Source: Vicugna vicugna (taxonomy: Eukaryota). Taken from it: a stretch of 64,000 nucleotides of DNA. Every line of letters begins with the position of its first letter. Position 1 is the stretch's first letter. The notes under the pieces were generated by a model. That model was not told the origin of the DNA. It ran no database searches and worked only from the letters and a program-made list of their open reading frames with translations. The DNA is taken from NCBI GenBank assembly GCA_013265495.1, contig MU058451.1, positions 1,650,167-1,714,166 of the forward strand. The letters run 5' to 3'. Shown here piece by piece: positions 1 to 13,197 of the stretch. Position numbers and translations under genes: made by a program.

Positions 1-619
1 AATACAATTTTCACAGTATAATTTATTTGAATGTATTAGAACCTTAGATATAACATGGAACTATAAAGGCCAACTCTGAACTCAACATCATACACACACA
101 CACACCCCCTTAACTATGGCACGTACATGTTTAGTGACTGTGTAACACCCATTCATTAATTCAGTGAGCAAACAAAACTGAGCTGCACGTCTTGGTGGGG
201 CATGATTTATGTTATATAGACACAATATTAAACAAGAAATAGTTGCTGCCCTCAAAAACTCACAGATCGGTCAGAGAATAAAACAAGCAGTTGTAATACC
301 CTGTCGTAAGTGTTCCAGATAGTAGAAGGTACCTTGGCACATGTAGGAAGGCTGGCTCCCACTCTCCTATCCCAGACGGCAGACCACTTCTGGAGGAGAC
401 AAACCATATGGATGACTTCATACATCGTCATAGACGCCCCTAGAAAATCTATTCAATCCATTCATCCTACTTACTATGGGCTTCTAGGCGTCACTGTATT
501 TGAATTACAACACATTTTTTTCCAGACATCTAGTTTGCTGTAGGAACATCCAGTTTCCCTCACATTCTTTCACTTAAATTTTTTTCAAGGAGCAGGATGA
601 GCATGTGATAAATGATACT

Positions 620-900
620 TAATTCATTCAGCTAGCATTTACTGAGTACCAACTACATGTCAGGCACTCTCCTAAGAACTCAAGACACACTGGGAAACCT
701 AGACAGAAGTCCCTATTCTTATGTAGTTATAGTGAACAACTAAACAGAAAATGTAACTTTTGATGTATCATGAAAAATGTATCATGAAAAAATTTAAGAC
801 AGGGTAAAGGGCTGAAAAAGATGGGAAGATAAGCACTATTGACAAAGAAAGAGAATTAGTCCAGAGAAGACTAGTCTACAGAAGTGACATTTGATGTGAT
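620..900 (-). mobile_element. LINE-2 3' end fragment
   Basis: attcattca...gcatttactgagtaccaactacatgtcaggcact is the reverse complement of the L2 3' terminus, followed by typical L2 antisense sequence. Confidence 0.7.
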
Positions 901-960
901 GATAGTGATGATGATGGAGACAGTAATGACATGATGACAATGATGAGGAAGACAGTGGTA
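893..960. repeat. Degenerate (GAT)n low-complexity tract
   Basis: gatgtgatgatagtgatgatgatgg...atgatgacaatgatgagg. Confidence 0.6.
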
Positions 961-1806
961 ACAAAGGTGGCCAAAGGTTAAGCCAAAAGTTGCTGGACAG
1001 TACATGCAGCTCTGTAACATTTCCACTGCATAATGCGGACTCCCCAGAACAAGTCGTCTCTTCTATCTAATTTGTTAGATGCTTGAATGAAAGATTGTGT
1101 AAAAATGTGAGAATAGCACCGTTAGTCCTGTTCCTGGTTCTGTTACATTTTGTTCTTTCCCAAATTGCTTGCTTACTCTTTTAAAAAAAGATTACTTATA
1201 CTTTCTAGGATGGATCACAATGTATTTTAAGTAGGATCATAACCATCACTATTTCTTATCAAACAGAAAATTTCACAATTCTCAAGGAAAGTAAACAATA
1301 AATTCTCATTTTAATGAAGACTTTGACCTAAGGCAAATTAAACATGTCTAATCCTTTTCAGCAATCAAATAAGTTCCCAGCAAGAGACTAGCCAAAGACA
1401 TGCCAAGTAATGATTTTCCTTGACATGAATGTTATTATTTCTTCATCTGGGGAGCTAGTCCTGTTCCTACCCTCACCCCTACCCACCCCCCCAAAAAAGA
1501 CTTTTAATGATGTGAGTCCTTTTCAATATAATCCTGATACTTTCAGGCAAAGGGCAAAGCATATATCTGAAGTAAGCAATCCTCGTAATTCCTTCAAGAA
1601 TAATACAATTTTCACTTCTATTGTCAGTCATGTTATACACCAAGATTCAAGAAAAAAATACTATTGCAAACCTATTCAATTCTTCTTCCTAAATCCTTTT
1701 GACATCCAATAATTCCAACATCTTTCTTTATTTATACCCAAAATAGACTCAATGATAAGACTTTCCCCAACTAATAATCATTTTCGTAAGACTCAGAAAT
1801 TCATGT

Positions 1807-1908
1807 CTTTTAATTGAACTATAGTCATTTTACAATGATGTGTAAGATTCTGGTGTACAGCATAGTGATTGAGTTTTTATATATATATAGTTTTATTTAT
1901 ATATAGTT

Positions 1909-1940
<32 letters not shown>

Positions 1941-1996
1941 TTCATGTTCTTTTTCATTATAGGCTATTACAAGGTAGTGAATATAGTTCCCTGTGT
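1807..1996 (-). mobile_element. LINE-1 3' UTR stub (lineage-type L1) with internal (TA)n/(TATG)n tract
   Basis: ttttaattgaactatagtc...tctggtgtacagcatagtgatt...gtgaatatagttccctgtg matches an antisense L1 3' end; homologous to 35043-35205 and to the reverse complement of ~25070-25225. Confidence 0.8.
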
Positions 1997-2731
1997 CATG
2001 TTTATTTCAAAAGATATACTTCCTAAAGATAAATCAATTATTTACTGATCTATACTGTTTTTTTTAGAATTAAAAGTTATGTGATTTGCAGAAGAAATAA
2101 TTTTAATTCAGCATATCTTGTTTACAAATAATGCTTTTGCACAAATAGGAGTTTCCACACTTTGCAAATAAGTTGTCCTCATAATATTTTTTTTTTTTGC
2201 TCATTAAAAAAAAATTCTGCTTATTTGAATGTCAGTGACTTCTCTGTGACAGTCTTCCCAAAATTAACAGCATCCTGAGCCACGTGTGCATGTGCTGGGG
2301 TAGTGGGCAGGGAGTGACTGGAGTGTGAGTGGGCTTACAGGCAGGAATGACCCTTCTTGACCAGAGTGTGAAGTTCAGATTAATTAAACTGAGGCAGTTT
2401 AGTTTATCTAAACTTCACACAGGCAGAAGAGTTATTTTCTGCAAGAAGCTACTACCTATTCCATAAATGGCCTAGGAACAAACACAGGTTGGTGCCTTTT
2501 GGAGGCAGAAATGCCACTTCTAAGCATCCGTGACCTGCAGTGACCATGGAGCAGTGGAGCAGGAAGGTGGACCATGTACTAAGCTAGTAGCTTAATAACC
2601 AACCTACTAGCCCATGGCTTTGTTTTCTTTACCTTATTACATCTAAAATTAGCCGTGATGATGAGACCAATTTAAATTGTAGGCTTTCGATGAAAGGTTC
2701 ACGAGAGACTCAGTTCCACTCCCTTTACTTC

Positions 2732-3175
2732 TGTGATGAATTGAACTGTGTCCTTCAAGATCAGATGCTGAAGTCCTACCCCGTAGTCCCTGTGAATGTG
2801 ACCTTGTTCGGCAGTAGGGTCTTTGCATATTTAATCAAGTTAAGATGAGGTGTTTGGGGGTGGGGCTTAATCCAGTATAACTGGTGTCCTTATAAAAAAG
2901 AGGGCCATGTAAAGAGACATAGGGAGGGAAGATGCTATCTGATGACGGAGGCAGAGATTGGAAAGATGCGTCCCCAAGCCAAGGACCGTAGGCAACACCA
3001 GAAGCCACGAGGGGCATGGAACAGATTCTCCTTCAGAGTGCTCGAGGGGAATCAAGGCTGCTAACACCTTGATTTTGGACTTCTAGCCTCTAGAACTGAG
3101 AAACAATGAATTTCTGTTTTTTGAAGCCACTCTGTTTATGGTACTTCGTTAGAGCAGCCCTGGGAAGCTAGCACA
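2732..3175 (+). mobile_element. MaLR solo LTR (MLT1B/MLT1C-like)
   Basis: TG...CA termini; gaatgtgaccttgttcggcagtagggtctttgca; accttgattttggacttctagcctctagaactgaga; tggtacttcgttagagcagccc. Confidence 0.85.
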
Positions 3176-3594
3176 GCCTCAGAAAGCACTTCACTGTGCA
3201 CTCCATTTCCCCCTCATCTTCAGATCTCAGGGCTCTCAGGTGATAGCAACACACATCTCTGACCACAAGGTCCATCCCCTTGCTGTTGACTCTAGCTCAT
3301 CCCTGCATCATTTCGGGGCATCACTGAGGAAGAAGGACACCATCATGTGCCCTTGTTTCTGACTGCATTGCACTTATTCTGGGACGAACATGACACTTCT
3401 GGTCATTTCCCTTCTTTAAAAAAACAATGGCTTCCACGTGAAGTCTTATATCAATCTTTCATTACTTTATTCTTTTAGAAGGCAAATATATCTTCAAAAT
3501 GTCATTACCAACTTCCAAATTTCTTGATAGTCTGTTACAAAAGATAAAGCCACTTGTGTCCAGAGATAGAAAATGATCCATTAGATGAGCCTTT

Positions 3595-3750
3595 TACATT
3601 TCAACTCTGCCACTTGGCATTGGTTTTCTATGGAGCTTGGAGCAAATCATTTAACATTTCTGTATCTCAGTTTAATACTGTTGACCTCCCTTATAGGGAT
3701 GTCCTGAAATTAAGTAATGTTGAATTGAAAAACCCTTGGGAACTATAAGG
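3595..3750 (+). mobile_element. MIR SINE fragment
   Basis: ctctgccactt...gcaaatcatttaacatttctgtatctcagttt MIR core. Confidence 0.65.
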
Positions 3751-4780
3751 ATAAATGTAAAGGTTAAAAAGAATGACCCTTCTTGACCAAAGAAGAAAAT
3801 TCAGGTCCTGATTAATTTAATTACCCTGCAGCCACACACCATTCTCAAGGGATTTTTCTTGGGAGGAAGAAAACTATATTTGGAGCAATAGAAAATCACC
3901 TTGCAAGGTAGGATTGACATATCTTGCTGATTTCAATTTATTCACATCTCAGTCACTATATTAAAGGTAATAATAGGATAAAACAATGTTTTTGCTTTCG
4001 TGCATTGCATATTCACACTACTTACTTCTGCAGTATTTCTTAGAGGAAGAGCTGCCAGAATTTATCATGGTCCTAAGTCATAATATATTACAGCTCCTGA
4101 AGTCATAGACAGACTCTGTGTTTATAGTAGCCGAGAAATCTCCTATGTTTGAATTTTGTGATTATTAAATCATTTGGAGAGGAGGGTGGGTCATTGTAAT
4201 TCATTTCACATTCTAATTTAAATGGATTAAAATTGTTTACCTTCGAGAGTACAGATGGGGCCATCCAGATCCTGCCCAGATAATGGAAGATATAAGCCAA
4301 GTTCTTTTGTCTTTTCATTTTATGGGCAGTTTGTTTACTGCTGCCTCATTCTGAGCCCTGGTTGGACGTAGTTTCTTTAATGTATTACAACACTGAGATT
4401 AATTTTTATGTGTTAACTTATTTTGTTGGATAATTGATATAATTATATTATTGTCAGATTTCTCTTTCAAGGACCTGGGGCTCAGGATAATAAGGAAAAA
4501 TGGTTAAATTTAGCTGGCACTCCGTTCTCCTAGTTATCGAGGAGAGAGGGCTTCAATGCTCGCTCTTTGCAGGGTTAACGAAGAACATACAGAGCCTGTG
4601 TTCAGTGGTGGGCACAGAATGAATCTGTGGAACCCAGATGCCTGGTTGCTCCTTTGACTGGGATTCCATGCTTCCTGCTGGCTTAAAGGCTGTCTCTAGA
4701 GTCCTGTGCCTTTTCATGGGTTGCCCCTTAGAGAATGTAGTTTGTTAAGTTCTAGACAAGATGTGTGACCTGACCCTTAC

Positions 4781-5022
4781 CTGTAGGAGATGAGCAAGTG
4801 TGGTCATCTGTCAGGACTCAGGACGTCTTCTGGAAGCAATCTGACCAGAGGTGGAAGACCAGCCTGTCCCAACCTTGGAGCCAAAAATGGACTCTCCACT
4901 TCACATCATCTCCTAACTCCAAATTCTCTGCTGATCCCATATAGACCCATCTTTGCTGGAGAAATAGCTGGTAGTCGATTTTTTTAGGTCCACAAATACG
5001 ACTATAAGTAGAAAGTAAATCC
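4781..5022 (-). other. Candidate non-coding exon (242 nt)
   Basis: Minus-strand acceptor atttatttattttctaagtttcAG| before 5022 and donor CAG|GTAAGG after 4781; unique sequence; no recognisable protein. Confidence 0.3.
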
Positions 5023-5635
5023 CTGAAACTTAGAAAATAAATAAATCCCGTATAGAAAAACAAATACTCAACTTCAATATAAAGTAATTTCTGTATTAAA
5101 TATGTACCCAAAGAATTAACTTTACTAGTACCTATTACTTGTAAAAGCGTTCTTTCCAGAGACGACAACGTGCTTTGCAATGCATTCTCTTTGAAGACAG
5201 GCAGATGCCTCTGGCTTTACCAAAGCCCAAAGATGAAAGCCACACCAAGCCAAAATGTGTCAGAGAAGCATCAATTTCAGTTGTAGTATAAGAAATAAAA
5301 AGTATCTTGTTCCTGAGTTGAACAGTGAACTTTCTTTCTAATGCTTCTAGTCGTTAGTCCCTGAATCATGCTAATAGACGAGTCATGGATAAACTGGGGG
5401 GAAAGACTGGGTAAGAAAGGAGAGTAGATTTACCCCAACATGTATTTTAAATCTGGGCATCCTTAGATGCAGCGGTGATCTTTCCTGGAGATCTTTCACA
5501 AGTAATGCTAAGAAAGTTTCCTAGGAACACTTGGCCTTAACTCCCATCTCTGCTGACATTTGCTGTTATCTGATCTATACTTTGAAGGTAGCTTTTTTCT
5601 CCTTTCTCTCCCTGTATGTATGATTTCTTTATCTG

Positions 5636-5714
5636 TTAGGTTGAACCATTGAAAGTTGCTGTATTTAACCATTTTTAACATATAAAAACAATAATTTCAT
5701 ATATCACAACCTAG
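5636..5714. mobile_element. MADE2 mariner-derived MITE
   Basis: ~80 bp bounded by ttaggttgaacca...caacctag with internal gaaagttg/aatttcatat inverted symmetry; TA on the right flank. Confidence 0.75.
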
Positions 5715-6164
5715 TAATCTATCAGGAACAGTGTTGCATATTGTAATTTGTATATTTCTAACTTATTTCATTTCTTTAGATTTAAATTTTTCAGGAGAGT
5801 TGTTGGTAAATTGCATTATAATTTTTAAAAACTAAACAACTTTATTCATATTATTTAGGATCCGGCTAACTAACCAGGCAGACATAGAATCCCACTGGGA
5901 GGAGGGTGGGTTATTCAAGCGCTTCTGCTTCTTCAGTTATAAAAAGAATACTTAAGGGAATCATTAAATAAATAATCAACTGCAGAAGGAACTTGAAACC
6001 TCATAAATTTCATGCATAGATAGAAAACTAAAATCTTACAAAGATTACCATTTTACCTTACAATATTCATCAAAAATACAGATCAGATTCAATCCTAATA
6101 TCTGGGCTCAGTCAACACACAAGATAATACTTGGCAGCAAATCTGGGAAAGAGAAGCCAGTCAT

Positions 6165-6200
6165 TCCTTCCTCCCTCCCTTCCTTCCTTCCTTCCTTCAT
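6165..6200. repeat. (TTCC/CTCC)n simple repeat
   Basis: ttccttcctccctcccttccttccttccttccttc. Confidence 0.9.
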
Positions 6201-6645
6201 CCAGTTAACATTTGTTGACTTGCACCAGTATATCAACAGAGTTGCACTCATGTAAAAGACTGGGATGTTGCCTTCTCCTACCGAATTCACATTCTATTCT
6301 AACCATGTTGGCACCAGGGAGAGTAAGAAGGTTCAAAATACCCATACAGATGCCTGCACGATGATCTGTCGGGGGTCTGGTCCATATGTACTATGGTGTA
6401 CCTTATTTACATGACTTCAATCAGAAGAACAGTTGTAAGAAGCATGTTGAACTTGGTGATTATATACTTCCATACAATCTGGATTCTGTCATTTGATGTA
6501 CATTAAATAATTTTTGGAACTAAAATTTCTTAATAATGATGTTGTTATTTGCAACATGACTCTACATGCATATCCTGCCTTGTGGGTATTAAAAGAACTG
6601 ATTATTCCCAGCTCCTACTGTTAAAATGAAATTGAACCTCTGGCT

Positions 6646-6893
6646 CAGTAGTTCTCAACCTGGGATGATTTTACCCTAATCCCTGCCCCTCTCTTCCCTC
6701 CCTTGTCTGCCACCCAAGGACATTTGGCAAAGACTGGAGACATATTTGGTTGTCACTACTGGTATCTGATGCGTACAGGTCAGGGCTGAAACTAAACACT
6801 CTACAATGCACAATGTAGCAAATGCTCCCCCCCCGAAAAGAACCCCAAATTTTCCTCCCCAAATGTGAATACTGCTAACGTTGAGAAACCCTG
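6646..6893 (+). mobile_element. MER20 hAT-Charlie DNA transposon
   Basis: Termini cagtagttctcaacc...gttgagaaaccctg; internal ggacatttggcaaagactggagacatatttggttgtcac. Confidence 0.9.
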
Positions 6894-8759
6894 CCCTCAC
6901 TTTTATTATAGATTATTCCCACAACATCTTATTTTCCCTCTGTCTTCCCACCTCACTTTCAAAAGTTTAATTCCATTGGTTTAGTCAACCATTCATTTAT
7001 TTACATTCTTCCAAAAACCATTGTTAAGACACTGTGGGGGATACAAAGATATATAACATAGCATCTCTGGTCTTTAATTTACATCTGATTGCAAGAACCT
7101 ACCTTACATCTAGCTGGAGAATGACTTGGCTTTCTGAAAAGGATGAGTGACCAATTGAAACATTCCTTTGGGTGATGATACCAGGACATCTTTTGTGCAT
7201 TCTGTTCATCATCCCAGCTCTCTCTACCCCATTTTGCACCGTACAAGTCTAGTTCTGAATTCTCTGCAAGATAAAAATGCAGTTCTATTGTTCAAACTGC
7301 ATGAAAGGCAGAACTGCGTGGGGGTGAGAAGGACAGGAAAATGCGACCCTTTGTAATCATAATATAGGGGAAATGTTTGGCTTAATAACAGGTTACAAAA
7401 TAGATTTCTTAATCTAAGTGATAAAATCTCCTGAAGAGGGTCATGGACAAGTAAGGCAATACTTATTCACATTATTTACCTTGGGATAGGCGGAACCAGT
7501 AACCCTTTCTTGTCTGCCATTAGTCACGTTTACCCTTTAACAATACACAGATCCTCCTCATTTGCTCCCAAATGGTGATGAGTCACATCAAGAGGAGAAG
7601 ATAACATCAGAGCTGTGTAGCAGATCCCTAATTGAACAGTCAGATATAGGTGTTCTTTGACTCCATTTGACTAAGAAAATAGAAAGACACAGAAAAGCTA
7701 AGTATGAACAAAGCAAAGTTACTGTGTTTTCCCATCATCAATCACTACACACATACCCTACATATGTGTACACACACACGCATTCTGTATTATCCAGAAA
7801 CACCCATGTAATGAAGAGGTACCCTGCCTGTCTTTTCTTTAAAGAGCTGATTAAGTGGTTCACAGTAGAGCAGTGTGCTATTTACTCCTAGCCTCCATTT
7901 TCCTGATGATTCACCTAGAATATGGCTATCTATCTAGAAACAGCTAAAATTAACAGAACAATTTAGAAAACCCACTGAGCTAAAGTTGCACAGCACAGAC
8001 TAAAAGAAGGGAGGAAGATGGGTGACTCAGGGGATTCTTAATGGATTTTAAACCTTTCATTTTCGTGCTTCCTCAATTTATGGACAAAGCACTCTTCTCT
8101 TGGACACTTTTGAAGTGCTTTTTTGGACAACTCATTACTTCAAATTGGGGTAGGCAGATAGCAGGAGACAGGCACGACTAGAGGCAAGATTTCTCACTCT
8201 AGATTTCGGGTGTTTAGAAACTTGATTTATAGGGCGCACTGTCAGTGACTAAAGGACTGGTACAGCGTTGTCTGCCACTCCCCTCACCCTGGGAGACCTG
8301 CTCTGGTGCTGACAAGCTTGTCCCCTAAATCAGCGCCAAGGTCTGAAGGAGGGGGAGGGAAGTGGCTAGAACATCCCCCACAGACCTGGGGGAGAAGCTT
8401 CCAGGCTGGGAACGAACCCACTGTAGGGTTCATTGTTGTCCATGAGTTTCCCGCCTCCAAACCCTTCCAGTTCAGATCACAGCAGTTGAGCGGTCCCAAG
8501 GTCTAGAATGGTTCAAACATTGAAAAATCTGAGACGGATACTGAGTACTTTTCCTAAAACAGATAATTATAAGAACCAGTGCAAAACTTTTCCAAAAGCC
8601 CACACTCACCTCGCTTTTCCTAGTATCTCAGAGAAAAATGCTGTTTCCAATTTAGTCTTGTTATTATGGGGACAAATTCTCCCTTTAACTCATGACCGTG
8701 AACCTCAAGTGGGCCCAGCAGCCAAAATAAGACCAAGTAGCACACTCCAGCAAGAAAGG

Positions 8760-9110
8760 ATAGTTGAGTTAAAGACTAAAAATCAGTCGTCGATTCTAGC
8801 GGTGATGACCATGGCAAGAATGCGAACAAGAGATTTTGTTTTGGCCTCGGTTTATGAGATCAGTTGGTAAAGATACATATTTTGAGAAGTTTTACCGCAG
8901 AAAGCAACAAAGACGTTTTAGTAGCTGGGTGATAAGTGGGGCCAAGGGGAGTTTTTTGGTTTTTTTTTTCTTTTGAGTTGGAAGAATAACGGTGTATTTG
9001 TATGCTAATGAGAATGATCCAGTAGAGACTGCATTTGCTCTGGAAAAGTAAGGAGAGAATTGCTGGAGCAATGCATTTGGATTGAAAACAAGAGAGAGGC
9101 TCTGGTTTTA
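8760..9110 (-). mobile_element. LINE-2 fragment
   Basis: gtatttgtatgctaatgagaatgatccagtagag and ggagagaattgctggagcaatg resemble antisense L2 body. Confidence 0.55.
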
Positions 9111-9129
9111 GAAAAGAGTGAGGAATCTT

Positions 9130-9580
9130 GGCCCTGTCACCCCCTCCCCTGCCGCCAGCCTGTCCAGGCCATCGTGGTCTCTCACCTGGACGACTGTGGC
9201 AGCTCCTAACTAGCCTCCCTGCATCCTTCCGTTATCCACCTATGAACCGTCCTCAACACAGCATTCAGAGCGATCCTCTTAAAAGGTGTGTCAGATCAGG
9301 CCAGCCTTGTGCTCCAAACCCTGCAATGGACCTCACTTTACAGGAGAAAGGGCAGAGTCCTTGCAAGGTACCTGGTTATCTGGGGCTCTCCCTCGCTCCT
9401 CCTGAAACTCCTAGGAGCCCCTCCCAATGCCATTGACTGCTTCCTTCTGTTGATTACAGGGTGTTGCCTCTCCCCCAGGTACAGTGTGAGTCCCATGAGA
9501 CTCATATTCACTAGTATCTTCAGCTTCTTAGAACCCTGCCTAGAACATAGTAGTCAATAGATATCTGTAAGTTGAATTAA
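9130..9580 (+). mobile_element. LINE-2 3' portion
   Basis: ccaggccatcgtggtctctcacctggac...ctcctaactagcctccctgc; ends tgcctagaacatagtagtcaatagatatctgtaagttgaat. Confidence 0.75.
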
Positions 9581-9859
9581 TAGACTTAGCTATCAGAAAA
9601 AAAACCCTTGTGAGCTCTCTGAAGATTTATGAATGAGAAGTCAGAAACTGCCTCTCTGTGCCAGGTAAATATATTACTCTCCATAAATCTCATCAATGGT
9701 GTGTGGTGTGTCTGCTAAGCTGCAACAAATTAATTAGAAAGCTAAAGGAAGTGTATGATATTTTTATCTAACTCTTTTGCGTTCAAGGCAAAACATATTC
9801 ATCAAATAAATATTTGTAGTAACCTTCACAGGTGCTTAGCAGCTACGGATTTATGATTT

Positions 9860-10010
9860 CTTTCAGTTAAACCTCCCCAACAACATTGTGAGATGGGCAT
9901 TATCGTCCTCATTTAATTGATAAAGAAAATGAAACTCAGAAGACTTAAGTGGTTTGTGCAAATTCTTACAAAATTAGTAAATGGCGGGGCCGGGCAGGTC
10001 TTAATTACAG
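9860..10010 (-). mobile_element. MIR SINE
   Basis: cattatcgtcctcattt...aaaatgaaactcagaagacttaagtggtttgtgcaa antisense MIR core. Confidence 0.7.
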
Positions 10011-10214
10011 ACTTTCTTTACATTCCAATGGAGATGCTTCCTAGCTTAGCTATGTTATATGAAGCACCAAATATTTGTAATTTTAGTATTGAAGGAATTT
10101 TAAAATTTCATATTGGTAGTTTGAGAGCCTTCATACCAAATTTTACCTAAATATCTATATATCCATCCATCAGTCTGTGTATCTTTCTAGCCATATAATG
10201 TACATATATATTTA

Positions 10215-10430
10215 TATTTATTGAGTGTTTACTGTGCCAAGCATGATGCTAAGAGCTATGCAAATATCACCTCAGTTTTATCCTTTCCTAAACACTGCAG
10301 TCAAGGTGTCCCACTTTACAGACAGAAAAACTGAGACACAGAATAGTTCACTAAGTTGCCCCAAGTTGACAGCAGATGGAGCCACACGGTGAACCTGGGA
10401 AATCTAAGGACACAGTCGGTGTTCCTAACC
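10215..10430 (-). mobile_element. MIR SINE
   Basis: atttattgagtgtttactgtgccaagc...cccactttacagacagaaaaactgagacacaga...aagttgccccaag. Confidence 0.8.
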
Positions 10431-11429
10431 GTCACAACATACATTTTCCTTCCTCTGTTAATGAGAAGAGGTTTGATTGTCTTAATCAGATAATATTTAG
10501 AAGAAAGCAAATAATTTCTGAACCACTTTGCTTCCTCCTTGAAGAAAGATGCCTGTTTCTTAGCATGCTTCTGATGCGTTCTGCTGTGGACCTATGCTAT
10601 TAAGCATGCCTGCTGTCCCACGTGGGGCTGATGCAAAATGACCATGGCAGTGAGGCTGGTGTGGCCCGAGCCCCACATCTTCACACACACGCCTCACTGC
10701 CTCCTCAGACTGGCCACCATCCACCCAATTCCTGGAGCCTGAGCCCAGCATACCAGCATTATAGGTTAAAAGATGGATATTTTCATCGGAACCTTCTCAT
10801 TTCAAAATCTGATTAACATTTCTGCATGGGTTAAAAATTTTTCTGGAATGGGAGGGTGTGAGAAGACCAAGCTAAAATTTCAGATTCAGAATGCAGATAT
10901 GTCCGTGTGAAGAGACAGGCATCTGGAAAGCAACCCACGTGCCTGTAAGCTCACTTTAACTACATTCCAGAAACCGCCCTGTGCTGTGAACCTGACTGGA
11001 ATTTCATAGTTCAAGATCTGAGCTTCGCAAGCCCTCAAAGAGCTGGGCAGTACTCTTCACTGCTTCTCTTGGCCTGTCACTACCGCTGGAGGAACTAGAG
11101 AACAGAGAAAAACAATACTCTCATTTTTAAGAGATCAAAAAAATTACACATGATCACATTCTGGGGGCTTTTCCATCATTTGTGATATAGGCATTCTTCA
11201 TTTATTAAAATTTGTCAATACTAAGAAGATACAGGCAAGGTTTTTTTTTTCATTTAACATAATGAAATTAAGTTGGATAAGACGAAATTAATAACTAGTC
11301 TAAAAGCAGTACAAACCCATCCCCTGAAGTGATGAATAGAATAGTTTCTTTCCGAATATGATCTGATTTCTATTGGGCTAGCTCCACTGTATTCTTATTA
11401 GACTTCTCTTGATTTCTTCTAAACATCGG

Positions 11430-11620
11430 CCATTTATTCACTTATTGATTTAACAAACATCTTATTGAACGTCCATGTGTTAGAAACTGCACAAGGCATC
11501 GAGAGGGACGGGTTCCAATCAGTTCCCACCCTGAAGGCACTCAAGGTCTTGTGAGAAAAGAATTACCTGAACAGGCAGTTACACGCTAAGTGATAACCAC
11601 AGTGATAGAGGTAGTTATAC
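11430..11620 (-). mobile_element. LINE-2 3' end fragment
   Basis: catttattcacttattgatttaacaaacatcttattgaacgtccatgtgttag. Confidence 0.65.
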
Positions 11621-11939
11621 AAGACCCTGTGCCTTATAGGATTGTTTTAAACCAGATAATTTCATCTGCATACGAAAGCAAATCCAAAACAGAAACTACC
11701 ACACTATTGGATGCAAATCTGCCCACCAAACATACAACGTATACAACGTATACCACCAAACTGTATTTATCTCAGTAACAGAAAAGAAAAGAAATCTAAT
11801 AATTACAACTCAGAAAGTATCAAATCATTACATACGGGGGATGGGGCTATTTCATTAGCTGCACGATACTTTAAAAAATAGTACTTTACAAATGTGCTTT
11901 GTTATTTTTTAATTCCTAATGATTCTATTTTTTAAAATA

Positions 11940-13197
11940 TTTTATTCAGTAATTTTTTATTTTTTCATTTTTTTACTAAGTATGGTTGATGTACAATATT
12001 ATGTAAATTACAAATGTACAATATGGTGAGTCACAATTTTTAAAGGTTATGCTCTATTTATAGTTATTATAAAGTATTGGCTATATTCCTCATGTTGTAC
12101 AATATATCTTTGTAGCTTATTTTATACATAATAATTTGTACCTCTTAATCCCCTACCCCTGTGTTTCTCCTCCCCACCTCTCTCTCCCACTGGTAACCGC
12201 TAGTTGGTTCTCTGTCTGTGAGTCCACTTCCTTTTTGTTATATTCACTACTTTGTTGTATTTTTAGATTCCACATATAAATGAAATTGTCTTTCTCTGTC
12301 TGACTTATTTCACTTAACATAATACCTTTTAAGGCCATCCATGTTGTTGCAAATGTCAAGATTTAATTTTTTATGGCTGAGTAATATTCTATTGTGTACA
12401 TATATATATATACCACATCTTCTTTATCCATTCATCTATTGATGGACACTTAGGTTGCTTCCATATCTTGGCTATTGTAAATAATGCTGCTGTGAACACC
12501 GGGGTGTGTGTATCTTTTCAAATGAGTGTTTTGGTTTTTTTCAGCTATATACCCAGGAGTGCATTTGTCGGGTCATGTGGCAGTTCTATTTCTATTTTTT
12601 TTGAGGCACCTCCATACTGCTTTCCATAGTGGCTGCACCAATTTACAGTCTCACCGATAGGGTTGCCTTTTCTTCACATCCTCACCAACATTTGTTATTT
12701 GTAGACTTTTGATGATAGCCATTTTCACAGGTGTGAGGTGATATCTCATTGTGGTTTTGATTTGCATTTCTCTGGTGATTAGCAATGTTGAGCATCTTTC
12801 ATGTGCTCATTGGCCCTCTGTATATCTTCTTCAGAAAAATGTTTTTTCAGGTCTTCTGCCCATTTTTGATTAGGTTTGATTGAGTTGTATGAGCTGTTTA
12901 TAAGCTTCAGATATTAATCCCTTATTGGCCATGTCATTTACAAATATCTTCTTCCACTCAGTAGGCTGTCTTTTTGTTTTGTCAGTCATTTCCTTGTTGT
13001 GCAAAGTTTTAAAATTTAATTAGGTCCCATTTGTTTATTTTTGCTTTTGTTTCTTTTGCCTTAGAAGACAGATCCAAAAAATATTTCTATGATTTATGTC
13101 AAAGAGTGTTCTACATGTTTATGTTCTCTTCTAGGTGTTTTATGGTTTCAGATCTTACATTTAGGTCTTTAATCCATTTGGAGTTTATTTTTGTATG
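11940..13197 (-). mobile_element. 5'-truncated LINE-1 (ORF2 C-terminus + 3' UTR + degraded poly-A)
   Basis: ORF 12153-12359 (FATTWMALKGIMLSEISQTEKD) is an L1 ORF2 C-terminal remnant; T-rich tail at ~11940-11975; ggtgtgaggtgatatctcattgtggttttgatttgcatttctctg. Confidence 0.95.

Noticed and set aside
763..790. 14-bp tandem duplication atgtatcatgaaaa, and similar short duplications at ~38388-38433 and ~41557-41586
   Set aside because: Ordinary slippage duplications; no repeat-spacer array structure
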